From the NCBI GenBank assembly GCA_041650995.1, contig JBAZJZ010000001.1, positions 491,302 to 555,301 of the forward strand: a stretch of DNA of 64,000 bases, read 5' to 3'. Positions 26,494-36,519 of this stretch are shown here, piece after piece. This DNA comes from Patescibacteria group bacterium. GTDB taxonomy: Bacteria; Patescibacteriota; Patescibacteriia; XYB2-FULL-38-15. Made by a program: the position numbers and the translations under genes. The notes beneath the pieces are model-generated. The model did no database searches. It saw only the letters and a list, made by a program, of their open reading frames with translations, and was not told the origin of the DNA. How positions within the stretch are numbered: the stretch's first letter is position 1; each line of letters opens with the position of its first letter.

Positions 26494-28383
26494 TTATTCT
26501 ATTGGCCACGTGCAACCCGCGCCAGTTGGGTCAGTACAACTTGTTCCCCCGGCCGGGCCAATTGGCTCATAAAAACAATTTTGATAAATATCTTTTATTC
26601 TATGCGTTGCCCGCGGAAAATATCTTACAAGCCGCTCAAGAACATCTTCCCCATCGCAAGTCGGCGCCGGAGCGGGCGCCACGGTACTTTCAATAAAATT
26701 TCCATGGTAAATTATGGCTTTGTGTTTTTCCGGCGTTCCTCCACGCGGTGTGGGCGTGCCAAGAGCGTCTGTCCCCTCTCCCCCCAAAGTAAACCAAATC
26801 GCGCATTTTTCTTGCTCGTTGTCGTCCAAAATAATATTCTCCGAAGAAAAACTTGTCACACTCATTTGTTTGCTAAACTGCATTTCAACAGGCGCATCGA
26901 GCGGGACATCGCCTACCTCCGCCGGCACATTGGGCGGACCGGGTTTTACCGCTTCAATCCGCGGCGGAATTAAATCAATTGTATTATTGGTAGAAAAATC
27001 CCAAGGATAATTATCAGCGGTCGGTCCTTCGGCCGTGCCGTTTCCATTGCCATCCAAAGAATTGCCGACGACATCGGTCGTGCCGGTGTAGGGCATTTCC
27101 GCTTCCGGCGGAGTTGTGCCAAGCCGCGCGGCTTTTACGGTCACGGCAATATCCGCATCAGAGGGCAAACAGAAAACATCGCCGCCGCAAGAATTTGTTC
27201 CGCACCGAAAATCCGTTGTAAATTCTATTGTTTTATATTGATTGCCAATTGCCCAAGTACCGGCAACCGGCCCGGGAACTGGCACTCCGTCGGCCAAAAC
27301 TTCAATTTTATCAAATCCTTCTGAAGTTTTTCCGGCCACGGTCGTTGGATCCATGGCTTCATCAAAATTTACTTGTACTAAAATATTTCTGGCATTTTCT
27401 GTCCCATCTCCCGGAATCACGCTTTCCACTTTTGGCGGCGTAACATCAACAAAAGTGCTTACTTCAAAATCCCAGGCGTATCCATCGCCAAACGCGCCGG
27501 TGAACGCATCGCCTCCGTCGGCCTTTTTCAATCCAGGTTTCAATGCTACCGTATACCAAATATTTTCCGACGGACTTCCTAAAAGTTCCGCGGGATCAAA
27601 AGTGAAATTTTTCAAATCAGTGGTAAAACCGACTCTTGCCTGATTTGGCTGCAAAAAATTCTCTGGTTGTGGCGCGCCCGGCGTCGGCGGCGTACCGTAT
27701 TCACCTTGAAGTGATTGATAAATTCTGATATTTTCACTTTTTATCGGTAAAATCGTAGCTGACGTAATAAGTACTCCCCCGAGCGTGTCATCACCAGGAT
27801 TGGCTGGATCGTTAATTTCATAACCTTCAATAATCGTATCCAATGCCATCGGTTCTTTAAAAGTAATAATTACTTTCGTATTTCTCGCGATGCCCGTGCC
27901 GCCGCGCGGCGGATAATGACTTTCAATAATGCTGTTGCCGAGCGCTCCGCTGTAACGGCCCACTGCCGGCGGACCAGTCGGCCCTCCTCCGGGACCACCT
28001 CCGCCCGTAAGCGCACCTATTAAAGTATTTAAAACAAATTGCGTAATGCCAAAAGCCATTAAGATAATAACTAAACCAATTATTCCGTTCGTCAAAATCT
28101 TTTTGGCCGTGGCAATTTTTTCTTCATTCCCGGCCGAGGTCATCCATACAAATCCGCCGTAAAGAACAATGCCCACCGCGATGATTCCCAAAAAACCGAG
28201 CGCCACTCTTACGATTTTAGCGGCGATAACTCGAGGATCGCCTTCTACTAAATTAATCTGATTACCCACTTCATTCAAACCAAAATTTTGAGCTAAAGCT
28301 ATTTGGACAAATAAAAGACTGACCGCGAGGACGGCTAAACAAGCTAAAATCTTTAACGCTTTTTTAACTTGCATGTGCGGCAA
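26494..28383 (-). CDS. VirB2/TrbC-like pilin fused to Ig-like (Big_5-like) domains
   Basis: N-terminal pilin region paralogous to the 2906-aa protein; DVTPPKV/DLIPPRI Ig-like repeats. Confidence 0.78.
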   Translation of the reverse strand: MPHMQVKKALKILACLAVLAVSLLFVQIALAQNFGLNEVGNQINLVEGDPRVIAAKIVRVALGFLGIIAVGIVLYGGFVWMTSAGNEEKIATAKKILTNGIIGLVIILMAFGITQFVLNTLIGALTGGGGPGGGPTGPPAVGRYSGALGNSIIESHYPPRGGTGIARNTKVIITFKEPMALDTIIEGYEINDPANPGDDTLGGVLITSATILPIKSENIRIYQSLQGEYGTPPTPGAPQPENFLQPNQARVGFTTDLKNFTFDPAELLGSPSENIWYTVALKPGLKKADGGDAFTGAFGDGYAWDFEVSTFVDVTPPKVESVIPGDGTENARNILVQVNFDEAMDPTTVAGKTSEGFDKIEVLADGVPVPGPVAGTWAIGNQYKTIEFTTDFRCGTNSCGGDVFCLPSDADIAVTVKAARLGTTPPEAEMPYTGTTDVVGNSLDGNGNGTAEGPTADNYPWDFSTNNTIDLIPPRIEAVKPGPPNVPAEVGDVPLDAPVEMQFSKQMSVTSFSSENIILDDNEQEKCAIWFTLGGEGTDALGTPTPRGGTPEKHKAIIYHGNFIESTVAPAPAPTCDGEDVLERLVRYFPRATHRIKDIYQNCFYEPIGPAGGTSCTDPTGAGCTWPIE

Positions 28384-28418
28384 AGTTAAATTTTTTACTT
28401 TTGCGTTTTTGTTTTGGT

Positions 28419-28871
28419 TTACTTTTTCTCTAAAAATTCTTTCACCATTTTACTTACCGCGTCTCCGCTTGCTCTTCCGCCGGCCGCCTTCATCACCGCG
28501 CCCATTACTTTTCCAAAATCTCCCGGGCCAGAAGCGCCGAGCTCTTTAATTTTTTCTTCAACGATTTTTCTGAGCTCATCTTCCGGAAGTTCTGCCGGCA
28601 AATATTTTGCCAAAATTTCCATTTCTGATTTTTCTTTTGACGCTAGCTCAGCCCGCCCGCCTTTTTCGTAATCAGCGATCGAGTCTTTGTGTTTTTTGAC
28701 TTCGGAATTTATGACCTTTATTACTTCATCATCTCCAAATTCTTTTCTTCCGCCGGCAATTTCCGCGTTCAAAATCGCGGCCCGAAGCAGGCCGAGGGTG
28801 GAAACCACGGCTTCATTCTTTTCTTTTCGGGCACCAACAAAATCTTTTTCGATTTGTTCTTTCAAAATCAT
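28419..28871 (-). CDS. yqeY: GatB/YqeY domain protein
   Basis: KDSIADYEKGGR, YLP, DFGKVMG; follows rpsU. Confidence 0.9.
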   Translation of the reverse strand: MILKEQIEKDFVGARKEKNEAVVSTLGLLRAAILNAEIAGGRKEFGDDEVIKVINSEVKKHKDSIADYEKGGRAELASKEKSEMEILAKYLPAELPEDELRKIVEEKIKELGASGPGDFGKVMGAVMKAAGGRASGDAVSKMVKEFLEKK

Positions 28872-28885
28872 GGTAGAGAACAAAC

Positions 28886-29137
28886 TTACCTTCTAAATTT
28901 ATTTCTTGTTTCAAACTCGTCTTTGAGTTTGCCGATTTTTTTCAAGTATTCGCGTTTTTTTTTGATTTCCTCGCGGCGAAGCGCTGAAGCGCGCTGCAAA
29001 TTGCGGCTTTTTCCTGATGTATGGAATCTGATTTTTTTCGCTTGCAATAATTTTCCGCTTTGCTGAACGCGACGGCTAAATCTCCTCATCATGCTTTCAA
29101 AAGTTTCTCCCCTTTTTCTTTTTACTTCTTGAGCCAT
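28886..29137 (-). CDS. rpsU: 30S ribosomal protein S21
   Basis: ETFESMMRRFSRRVQQSG, basic, upstream of yqeY. Confidence 0.8.
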   Translation of the reverse strand: MAQEVKRKRGETFESMMRRFSRRVQQSGKLLQAKKIRFHTSGKSRNLQRASALRREEIKKKREYLKKIGKLKDEFETRNKFRR

Positions 29138-29191
29138 TCTTTCACCTCTCTTTCTTAAGATTATGATTATTTTATTATATGATAAATTTAA

Positions 29192-30574
29192 TTATTTGAC
29201 CACACCGTTTGTTAATTTCTTTTTCATTTCCTGAACAATCTTAACAAAATCCACGATTTCTTGAGAACCACCCTCCATATCCCTAATGATAATTGTGCCA
29301 TCAAGCACTTCTTTTTGACCTAAAAGCAACGCGTACTTCGCGCCAAGCTTATTGGCAATTTCAAGCTGCTTTTTTAATCCCTCTTTAGTCAAGCCATGAG
29401 TAATATAAAATCCGGCACGACGCAAATCCTCAATCAGGGCAAAACTTTTCTTTCTCGCTTGTTCACCAAGCTGCGCCAAGAAAATATCCGGAACGGTAAG
29501 TGGAGGAACTTCAATGTTGTTTTCTTTTATTTTCAAAATCAACCGTTCCACGCCGAGCGCCACGCCGCAAGCCGGAGTAGGTCGACCACCCAAAATCTCA
29601 ACCAGGTTGTCATATCTCCCCCCTCCACCCAAAGCTTCTAATTTTTGGTCCGTAGCCTGATTTTCTTCAGAAAAAAATTCAAAAACGGTTTTAGTGTAAT
29701 AATCCAGGCCGCGCACAAGATATGGGTTCAAATTATAAGGAACAGCCGCGTCGTCAAGATATTCCAAAACTCGAACAAAATGATTTTTACAATCATCACA
29801 AAGATAATCAACAATTTGCGGCGCACCTTCTTTCAACGGCTCACAACCCGCTTCTTTACAATCTAAAATGCGCAAAGGATTTTTAATTAATCTTTTTTTA
29901 CATTCTTCGCAAAGCGAGCTCCGGCGCTCGCGATAATAATTTACTAATTTATTTTTATAAGACTCACGGCACTTGGAGCAACCAATGCTATTTATCTGAA
30001 CATTAATTTTTAATCCCAAAGACTGGATCAAGTTGTAGGTTAAAAAAATTATTTCCGCGTCAATCACAGCATTGCCATCACCCAAAGATTCAAAGCCAAA
30101 CTGATGGAACGATCGAAGCCGGCCAGCTTGCGGACGTTCATGGCGAAACATCGGACCAAAATAAAAGAATTTTACCGGTTGCGGAAGATTTATCATGCCA
30201 TGCTGAACATAAGCTCTCGCGATAGAAGCCGTTGCTTCGGGCCGCAGACATACATTTTCTCCGCCGCGATCAGTAAAGGTAAACATTTCCTTGCCAACAA
30301 TGTCTGTTTCTCCGCCAACCGCCCGGTTAAATAAAGCTGTTTCTTCCAAAATCGGCGTCTCAATAAATTCATAACCGTAATTATTAGAAAAATTTTCCGC
30401 CCGAGTTTTAACTAAATGCCAATACTTATATTCTCCCGGCAAAAGATCTTTCATCCCCCGAAGCGTCTGAAAAACTCTTGTTTTTTGCGGACCAACAGCT
30501 TTACCTTTTTTCTGCTTTTTAACCGCTACTCGCGGCTTTTTTGCTTTTTTTTGAATTTTTACTTTTTTTGCCAT
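29192..30574 (-). CDS. hisS: Histidine-tRNA ligase
   Basis: LRPEATA, FRHERPQAGR, RGLDYY, GGGRYD. Confidence 0.97.
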   Translation of the reverse strand: MAKKVKIQKKAKKPRVAVKKQKKGKAVGPQKTRVFQTLRGMKDLLPGEYKYWHLVKTRAENFSNNYGYEFIETPILEETALFNRAVGGETDIVGKEMFTFTDRGGENVCLRPEATASIARAYVQHGMINLPQPVKFFYFGPMFRHERPQAGRLRSFHQFGFESLGDGNAVIDAEIIFLTYNLIQSLGLKINVQINSIGCSKCRESYKNKLVNYYRERRSSLCEECKKRLIKNPLRILDCKEAGCEPLKEGAPQIVDYLCDDCKNHFVRVLEYLDDAAVPYNLNPYLVRGLDYYTKTVFEFFSEENQATDQKLEALGGGGRYDNLVEILGGRPTPACGVALGVERLILKIKENNIEVPPLTVPDIFLAQLGEQARKKSFALIEDLRRAGFYITHGLTKEGLKKQLEIANKLGAKYALLLGQKEVLDGTIIIRDMEGGSQEIVDFVKIVQEMKKKLTNGVVK

Positions 30575-30580
30575 ACTTAA

Positions 30581-31216
30581 TTACTGATTATACTCGGGTG
30601 TTTCAAAAACTTTTAACTTATTGAATGGCCAACCCCTAAACCACACCTTACCAACAATACTTTCTCTTTTAATCGGGCCAAAACTTCTTGAATCAAAACT
30701 CGCCAGACGGTTGTCGCCCATTATAAAATACTCGTCCATACCAAGAGAAATCGTCCGATCACCAAAAGTTTTAACATCATCATCTAAATAGTCTTCTTCA
30801 AGGCGTAATCCTTCTCGATTTTCGCTGTTAAAAACCGTAATTTTTCCGTCTTTTATTTCCAGCGTCTCGTTAGGTAAACCAAGAATTCTTTTTATAAAAT
30901 ACTGGCTCGGGTCCCGCGGATATTTGAAAACCACAATATCTCCCCTTTCCGGTTCGTTAAAGCGATAACTTATTTCATTAATAATCAAATATTCATGATC
31001 GAAAAAATTCGGCTCCATGGACGCGCCCTTGACGTAAAACGGCTGGATTAAAAAATATCGCACCGGCACGATGATGGCCAGAGAAATCAAAATCACCTTT
31101 ATTATTTCCAACGTATACTCTGTAAAACGCTTTATAGTATTTTCTTTTTTAATTTGATTTCCGGATTCTACCGGCGGTTCAGCTTGTTCGGGTAAATTTT
31201 TATTTAATATTGGCAT
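30581..31216 (-). CDS. lepB: Signal peptidase I
   Basis: GASMEP, FIKR, GDNR..SFDSR. Confidence 0.95.
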   Translation of the reverse strand: MPILNKNLPEQAEPPVESGNQIKKENTIKRFTEYTLEIIKVILISLAIIVPVRYFLIQPFYVKGASMEPNFFDHEYLIINEISYRFNEPERGDIVVFKYPRDPSQYFIKRILGLPNETLEIKDGKITVFNSENREGLRLEEDYLDDDVKTFGDRTISLGMDEYFIMGDNRLASFDSRSFGPIKRESIVGKVWFRGWPFNKLKVFETPEYNQ

Positions 31217-31253
31217 AATTTATTAACGTTAAATTAATATCAGGAAATTTTTT

Positions 31254-31330
31254 TGGTGGACGATGGAGGATTCGAACCTCCGACCTTTCGAATGTGAATC
31301 GAACGCTCTAACCAGCTGAGCTAATCGTCC
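31254..31330 (-). tRNA. tRNA-Val(CAC)
   Basis: GGACGATTAGCTCAG...TTCGA-TT-CAC-AT-TCGAA...GGTTCGAATCC...ATCGTCCACCA cloverleaf. Confidence 0.95.
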
Positions 31331-31400
31331 GCAAGGGACGAAGTAACAAAATTTAAGCAAGACTCTCTTGCCTTTACCAAATTTATATTTTAATATCCAC

Positions 31401-31429
31401 ATTATAGCACGCGAACTTTATAAAAGCAA
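31401..31429 (-). promoter_or_regulatory. sigma70 promoter for tRNA-Val-lepB-hisS
   Basis: TTGCTT-17nt-TATAAT with extended TG. Confidence 0.65.
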
Positions 31430-31546
31430 GTTATTTTTTATACCCGAAATATAGTCGATTTTAACTTAAAAAATATTAAAATTTCGCCTTTTACTGATTT
31501 TGTTATATAATGGAAAAATACCAAATAATTTTTACCTCAAAAAATA

Positions 31547-32992
31547 ATGAAGATAAATCTCCTGGAAAAAAATCTAGCGCCAACTCCCAAAAAGGGTCTG
31601 TCTATTTTCTGGAAATCGGCGATTGCCTGCGCGGTTATCGCCCCGCTTTTTTTGGTTCAGACAACTTTCTTAAAAGGAAATTTCAATCCCTTTTTAAAAA
31701 TTGGCGCGGCGCTGCAAACTTTTGAATTTAGCAACATTACCGAGTGGGTTAGCCAGATTGGAAAGTTAATCAGAAGCGAAGATAAAATTTTAAATGGAGA
31801 AAAAGACGGCCGAATAAATTTTTTACTGCTGGGCATGGGCGGGGCGGGACACGATGGCGCGTATCTTACCGACACAATGATTGTTGCCAGCTTCCAGCCC
31901 AAAGAAAAAAAAGTTGCCATGATTTCCATCCCCCGCGATTTAGCTGTTCCCATGTCTGGCTACGGCTGGCGGAAAATAAATAATGTTAACGCTTTTGCCG
32001 AAGCCAAAGAAAAAGGCAGCGGCGGTGAAGCTGCTATGGCGGTTGTAAGTGAAGTATTGGATATTCCTATACATTATTATATACGAGCCGATTTCCAGGG
32101 CTTTGAAACTTTAATTGATAAACTGGGTGGAGTTTCTGTATATGTTGACCGATCTTTCACTGACTACAAATATCCGACTGCCGACGAAAAATATCAAACT
32201 CTTACCTTTGAAGAAGGCTGGCAAACAATGGACGGCGATACGGCTTTAAAATTCGTCCGCTCCCGCCATGGCACGAATGGCGAAGCATCAGATTTCGCTC
32301 GAAGCAGGCGCCAGCAAAAAATTCTCGTGGCCTTAAAAGAAAAAATTCTTTCTTTCAGCACACTTTTAAATCCCATTAAAATCCAAAGTATTTTTGACGC
32401 AGTAAAAAATTCCATTGATACAAATATGGAAATGTGGGAAATTGTGCGAATGAGCCACTTGGCGCGCGACGTTGATACGGAAAAAATTATCCATCAAGTT
32501 TTAACCGCCGATCAAGAAGGACTGCTTGTGGCCGCGAACATTGACGGCGCCTATGTCCTGGAACCGCGGGCGGGAAATTTCAGTGAAATACAATTTTTAG
32601 TAAAAAATATTTTTAATGTCGCCTCTGAAATAAATTTTGAAGATAAACCCAAACCAACTTACCTTGAAATTCAAAATGGAACAAAGATAGCTGGCTTAGC
32701 TTCACGCACTGCTGAAATGCTCAAAAAATTTGATTACAAAATATCAAAAGTAAGTAACGCCGCCGAACAAAACCATGAAAAGACCATTATTTACGATCTG
32801 ACCGAAGGGGCAAAAAATGACAACCTGAATTTTTTAAAAGAAAAATTAAACGCTGAGGTTTCTCTTTCTATTCCCTCATGGCTTACAAATTCAACTACTC
32901 CTGGAGAAATCGCCCTTTTTGATTCTTCTACAACGGCGGCAAATAATTCAACTGACTTTTTAATTATCCTTGGTAAAAACGTCACTTTCTAA
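31547..32992 (+). CDS. LCP (LytR-CpsA-Psr) family protein with LytR_C domain
   Basis: NFLLLG, TDTM, SIPRD, KIN, VRSR, DFARSRRQQ; C-terminal NGT..GLA. Confidence 0.92.
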   Translation: MKINLLEKNLAPTPKKGLSIFWKSAIACAVIAPLFLVQTTFLKGNFNPFLKIGAALQTFEFSNITEWVSQIGKLIRSEDKILNGEKDGRINFLLLGMGGAGHDGAYLTDTMIVASFQPKEKKVAMISIPRDLAVPMSGYGWRKINNVNAFAEAKEKGSGGEAAMAVVSEVLDIPIHYYIRADFQGFETLIDKLGGVSVYVDRSFTDYKYPTADEKYQTLTFEEGWQTMDGDTALKFVRSRHGTNGEASDFARSRRQQKILVALKEKILSFSTLLNPIKIQSIFDAVKNSIDTNMEMWEIVRMSHLARDVDTEKIIHQVLTADQEGLLVAANIDGAYVLEPRAGNFSEIQFLVKNIFNVASEINFEDKPKPTYLEIQNGTKIAGLASRTAEMLKKFDYKISKVSNAAEQNHEKTIIYDLTEGAKNDNLNFLKEKLNAEVSLSIPSWLTNSTTPGEIALFDSSTTAANNSTDFLIILGKNVTF

Positions 32993-32998
32993 ATAACC

Positions 32999-34360
32999 AT
33001 GAAATTTACTGTTGCTATTGTTGGCCGAGCCAACGTGGGAAAATCAACCCTCTTTAATCGCCTGCTTGAACGGCCGAAAGCAATTGTCTCCCCCCTGGCC
33101 GGAACAACTCGCGATCGAAATTACGGTCAAGCTCGTTGGCGCGGCCGTGATTTTGAAGTTGTTGATACCGGCGGTCTGGAAGCTGCGGAATTTTTTTCTG
33201 GAGGCATAAAAAAACAAGTGGATATTGCCATCCAAAAAGCCGACCTGGCGCTTTTTTTGGTTGATTTAAAAGATGGCCTTATGCCTCAAGACCGCGCCAT
33301 CGCGAAATTTTTAAAAAAATTAAAAAAACCTGTTCTCCTGGTTGGCAACAAAGCTGATACACCGAAACTTTTTGACGAAGTAGAAAATAAAGAATGGTTA
33401 AAACTTACTTTCGGAAAACCCCTGGCCGTTTCCGCCGCGAATGGCGCCGGAACGGGAGATCTGCTTGATAAAATTTTTAAATTTTTAAAAAAAGAAAAAT
33501 TTGACGAAAAAACACCTGAAGAAATCTCCGCCGTGACACCGATTAAAGTGGCAATTGTGGGAAAACCAAACGCCGGAAAATCTTCGCTTCTAAACTCACT
33601 TTTGGGAGAAGAGAGAGTTCTCGTCAGTGAAGTTCCTTTTACCACCCGCGAACCGCAGGATATGATTTTGCTTTATCGAGATCAACCATTTCTTTTAATT
33701 GACACTGTGGGAATGAGAAAGAAGGCGCGAATTGATCCTGGCTTGGAAAAAGTTGGTGTCCGAAGAAGCATTGCCGCCCTGGATCGGGCTGATGTTATTC
33801 TTTTTATCACTGAAGCTCAAGAACAAATGACCTCGCAAGATAAACATCTCTCCGAATTGATTTTAGAAAAAAATGCCGGTCTCATCATTGTTGCCAATAA
33901 ATGGGATTTGGTAAAAAAAGAAGGACCGAAAACCATGAATCTTTTTGTGGACTACTACCATCGCTTCTTCCCCTACCTCGATTGGGCGCCCGTCGTTTTT
34001 GTGTCGGCGAAGACCGGAGAAAAAGTTGGAAAAATTCTTGACCTTGTTCTTGAAATAAAAAATAAGAGAGAAAAATTTATCAAATCTGAAGATTTAAAAA
34101 AATTTCTAAAAGAAACTTTAGCCAAGCACTGGACAATTATTCATCGCCGAAAAAAATCCGGCGCGGGCGCGCGGCCAAAACTAATCAATCTTGTCCAGGA
34201 AGGGATAAACCCCCCGAAATTTCATCTCGTCACTACTTCTAAAGCAGAGCTGCCTGAAGGTTTTATAAAATTTATTGAAAAAAAATTCCGCGAACGTTTT
34301 GATTTTACCGGCACGCCAATAAAATTGGGCGTAAGACATATCAAAAAAAATAAAGAATAA
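32999..34360 (+). CDS. der: Ribosome biogenesis GTPase Der
   Basis: Two tandem G domains (GRANVGKS, GKPNAGKS) and KH-like C-terminus. Confidence 0.96.
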   Translation: MKFTVAIVGRANVGKSTLFNRLLERPKAIVSPLAGTTRDRNYGQARWRGRDFEVVDTGGLEAAEFFSGGIKKQVDIAIQKADLALFLVDLKDGLMPQDRAIAKFLKKLKKPVLLVGNKADTPKLFDEVENKEWLKLTFGKPLAVSAANGAGTGDLLDKIFKFLKKEKFDEKTPEEISAVTPIKVAIVGKPNAGKSSLLNSLLGEERVLVSEVPFTTREPQDMILLYRDQPFLLIDTVGMRKKARIDPGLEKVGVRRSIAALDRADVILFITEAQEQMTSQDKHLSELILEKNAGLIIVANKWDLVKKEGPKTMNLFVDYYHRFFPYLDWAPVVFVSAKTGEKVGKILDLVLEIKNKREKFIKSEDLKKFLKETLAKHWTIIHRRKKSGAGARPKLINLVQEGINPPKFHLVTTSKAELPEGFIKFIEKKFRERFDFTGTPIKLGVRHIKKNKE

Positions 34361-34367
34361 TAATTTT

Positions 34368-34940
34368 ATGAAAATTATTGTCGGCCTGGGAAATCCTGGG
34401 GAAAAATACGAGAACACGCGGCATAACGCTGGCTTCTTTATAATTGAAAATTTAAAACTAGAGAATGAAAATTTTTCCGGATGGAAATTAAATAAAAAAT
34501 TCAACGCGGAAATTTCCGAAGGAAAGATTGGCGGGGGAAAAATTGTTTTGCTAAAACCCCTCACTTTTATGAATAACTCTGGACAAACCGTTGCCGCCGC
34601 CGCGCATTTTTACAAAATAAAACCGGATAATATTTTAGTAATCCACGACGACATCGATTTGCCGCTCGGGAAAATTAGAGTAAAAAAAGACGGGTCGTCT
34701 GGCGGCCACCGCGGCGTGGAATCGATTATTACGGCGCTCAATTCGGAAAATTTTTCCCGATTAAAAATCGGCGTCGGACCAAAGGAACGTCCAAAAAATT
34801 TTGACGCGGCAAATTTTGTTTTAAAAAAATTTAGCAAAAGCGAAGAAAAAACCGCCGGCGATATTACCAAAAAAGCAACCGAGGCGGTCGCTATGATTTT
34901 GGCCGAGGGAGTTAGCGCGGCGATGAATAAATTTAATTAA
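34368..34940 (+). CDS. pth: Peptidyl-tRNA hydrolase
   Basis: GLGNPG, TRHNAG, FMNNSG, HDDID, GGHRG. Confidence 0.97.
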   Translation: MKIIVGLGNPGEKYENTRHNAGFFIIENLKLENENFSGWKLNKKFNAEISEGKIGGGKIVLLKPLTFMNNSGQTVAAAAHFYKIKPDNILVIHDDIDLPLGKIRVKKDGSSGGHRGVESIITALNSENFSRLKIGVGPKERPKNFDAANFVLKKFSKSEEKTAGDITKKATEAVAMILAEGVSAAMNKFN

Positions 34941-34947
34941 AAAAATA

Positions 34948-34967
34948 ATCCCGCAGTACTGCGGGAT
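34948..34967. terminator. Palindromic hairpin, likely terminator
   Basis: ATCCCGCAGTACTGCGGGAT with an A-tract upstream (U-tail on the minus strand). Confidence 0.6.
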
Positions 34968-35003
34968 ACCAAAATTTTTAATTTTTCGTTTTTAACTTTT
35001 AAT

Positions 35004-35160
35004 TTGAGGAGTGTGACGACGATTTTGTCCGTAACACTGCCTGCAAGCGTAAAGTCTATTCCGAAAACGGAAAAAACTTTAACTTATGGTTACTTGCTAG
35101 ATCAGGAGGGGTGATCATCGCGTTCACCGCTCACAGGCAGAGGCACAAACACAATCTCAA
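35004..35160 (-). ncRNA. Candidate structured small RNA (family unassigned)
   Basis: End-to-end pairing (TTGAG/CTCAA; 13-bp helix 35037-49 with 35128-40 containing G-U pairs on the minus strand), upstream TTGACA-18-TAAGAT promoter, downstream terminator, no credible ORF. Confidence 0.5.
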
Positions 35161-35262
35161 ATATCTTGATATCTTAACAGAAATTGCTGTTTTTTGTCAA
35201 GACTCAAGCTTCGAGATTTTACAACGGTTTTCATACTCTATCTGGAAATAAAATATCCTTCC

Positions 35263-36363
35263 ATGAACTCCCAAGACGACTTAAAATACTGGGTCGCTAT
35301 CTCCAAATATCCGAAAATTGGCGCAATCCGCCTCATGAAACTTTTTAATTTTTTCCATTCCATGAAAGAAGCCTGGGCGGCTTCTTTTTCTGATCTGCGA
35401 AGAGCCGGACTTGATGAAAATATTATCCATGATTTTCTGGCTCAAAAAATGATCATTAATCCTGACGCTGAATGGGAAAAGCTGGTTAAAGAAAACATCT
35501 CCATCCTAACAATAAACGATCCCGGATATCCAAAATTACTAAAAGAAATCTGGAATCCGCCCGCGATTTTATATGTTAAAGGCACTCTACCGGCTGATGA
35601 TGAATTTAACTTAGCCGTTGTTGGCACAAGAAAAATTAGCACATACGGCCGACAATTAACCTCACTTTTAACCGGCGAATTAGTACAAAATGGTTTTAAT
35701 ATTATAAGCGGCCTGGCTTTGGGAGTTGACGCGCTTGCCCATCAAACAACCGTGCGGCTCGGCGGGAAAACCGTGGCCGTGCTCGGTTCTGGCATTGATA
35801 GTGAAAGTATTTATCCAACAGGAAATAGATTTCTGGCTTCGGAAATTATAAAAACCGGCGGAGCCATAATTTCTGAATATCCCCTGGGTACTGTTGCTCT
35901 GCCGGGAAATTTTCCCCACCGAAATCGCATCGTTTCTGGACTCTCTCTTGGCACGCTTGTAATTGAAGCGGCCGAAGAATCCGGCGCCCTAATCACTGCT
36001 CAATGCTCCTTGGAACAAAATCGCGAAGTTTTCGCCGTGCCTGGCAGTATTTTTAACCCCACTTCTGTTGGACCGAATAAATTGATAAAACTGGGTGCCA
36101 AAGCTGTAACGGAAGTCCGCGATATTTTGGAGACACTGAATTTAGTCCAAGCGGCCGATTTTACCCAAAATAAAAAAATTCTCCCCTCCTCCCCAGAAGA
36201 AGAGAAAATTTTATCAAATCTCTCGGCCGAACCGACTCACGTTGATAAGCTTATCGCCGCCTCAGGCCTTGACACAGCCAAAGTTGGTGCTATACTAACC
36301 CTTATGGAAATGAAGGGAATGGTAAAAAATTTGGGCGGAATGAACTATGTGCTCGGCAAATAA
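35263..36363 (+). CDS. dprA: DNA-processing protein DprA
   Basis: AVVGTR, SGLALGVD, FPHRNRIVSG, GALITA; start at MNSQ. Confidence 0.95.
   Translation: MNSQDDLKYWVAISKYPKIGAIRLMKLFNFFHSMKEAWAASFSDLRRAGLDENIIHDFLAQKMIINPDAEWEKLVKENISILTINDPGYPKLLKEIWNPPAILYVKGTLPADDEFNLAVVGTRKISTYGRQLTSLLTGELVQNGFNIISGLALGVDALAHQTTVRLGGKTVAVLGSGIDSESIYPTGNRFLASEIIKTGGAIISEYPLGTVALPGNFPHRNRIVSGLSLGTLVIEAAEESGALITAQCSLEQNREVFAVPGSIFNPTSVGPNKLIKLGAKAVTEVRDILETLNLVQAADFTQNKKILPSSPEEEKILSNLSAEPTHVDKLIAASGLDTAKVGAILTLMEMKGMVKNLGGMNYVLGK
36269..36296 (+). promoter_or_regulatory. Internal sigma70 promoter within dprA, facing topA
   Basis: TTGACA-16nt-TATACT with extended TG. Confidence 0.5.
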
Positions 36364-36400
36364 ACATTAAAAATCAAAAAATAGTTTAGGCCAAAATTAC

Positions 36401-36515
36401 TAATGCCTAATTCCTAATTTCTAATAAATGTCCAATGACAAAATGTCTAATGTCTAAATTTGGTCATTTGAAATTTGGGATTTGTTTAGAAATTAGATAT
36501 TAGAAATTAAAAATT
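36401..36515. repeat. Intergenic heptamer-based imperfect inverted repeat (family copy 2)
   Basis: CTAATTT/TGTCTAA units paired with TTAGAAA/TTAGATA; homologous to 5811-5928. Confidence 0.7.
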
Positions 36516-36519
36516 AATT

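Noticed and set aside
35111-35251. Plus-strand GTG-started 46-aa ORF after AGGAGGG (possible type I toxin)
   Set aside because: The SD abuts the start codon, the peptide has no TM character, and the structure and promoter evidence favour a minus-strand RNA.
5811-36515. Short repeats as a possible CRISPR array
   Set aside because: No regularly spaced 23-47 bp direct repeats with unique spacers, and no cas genes.
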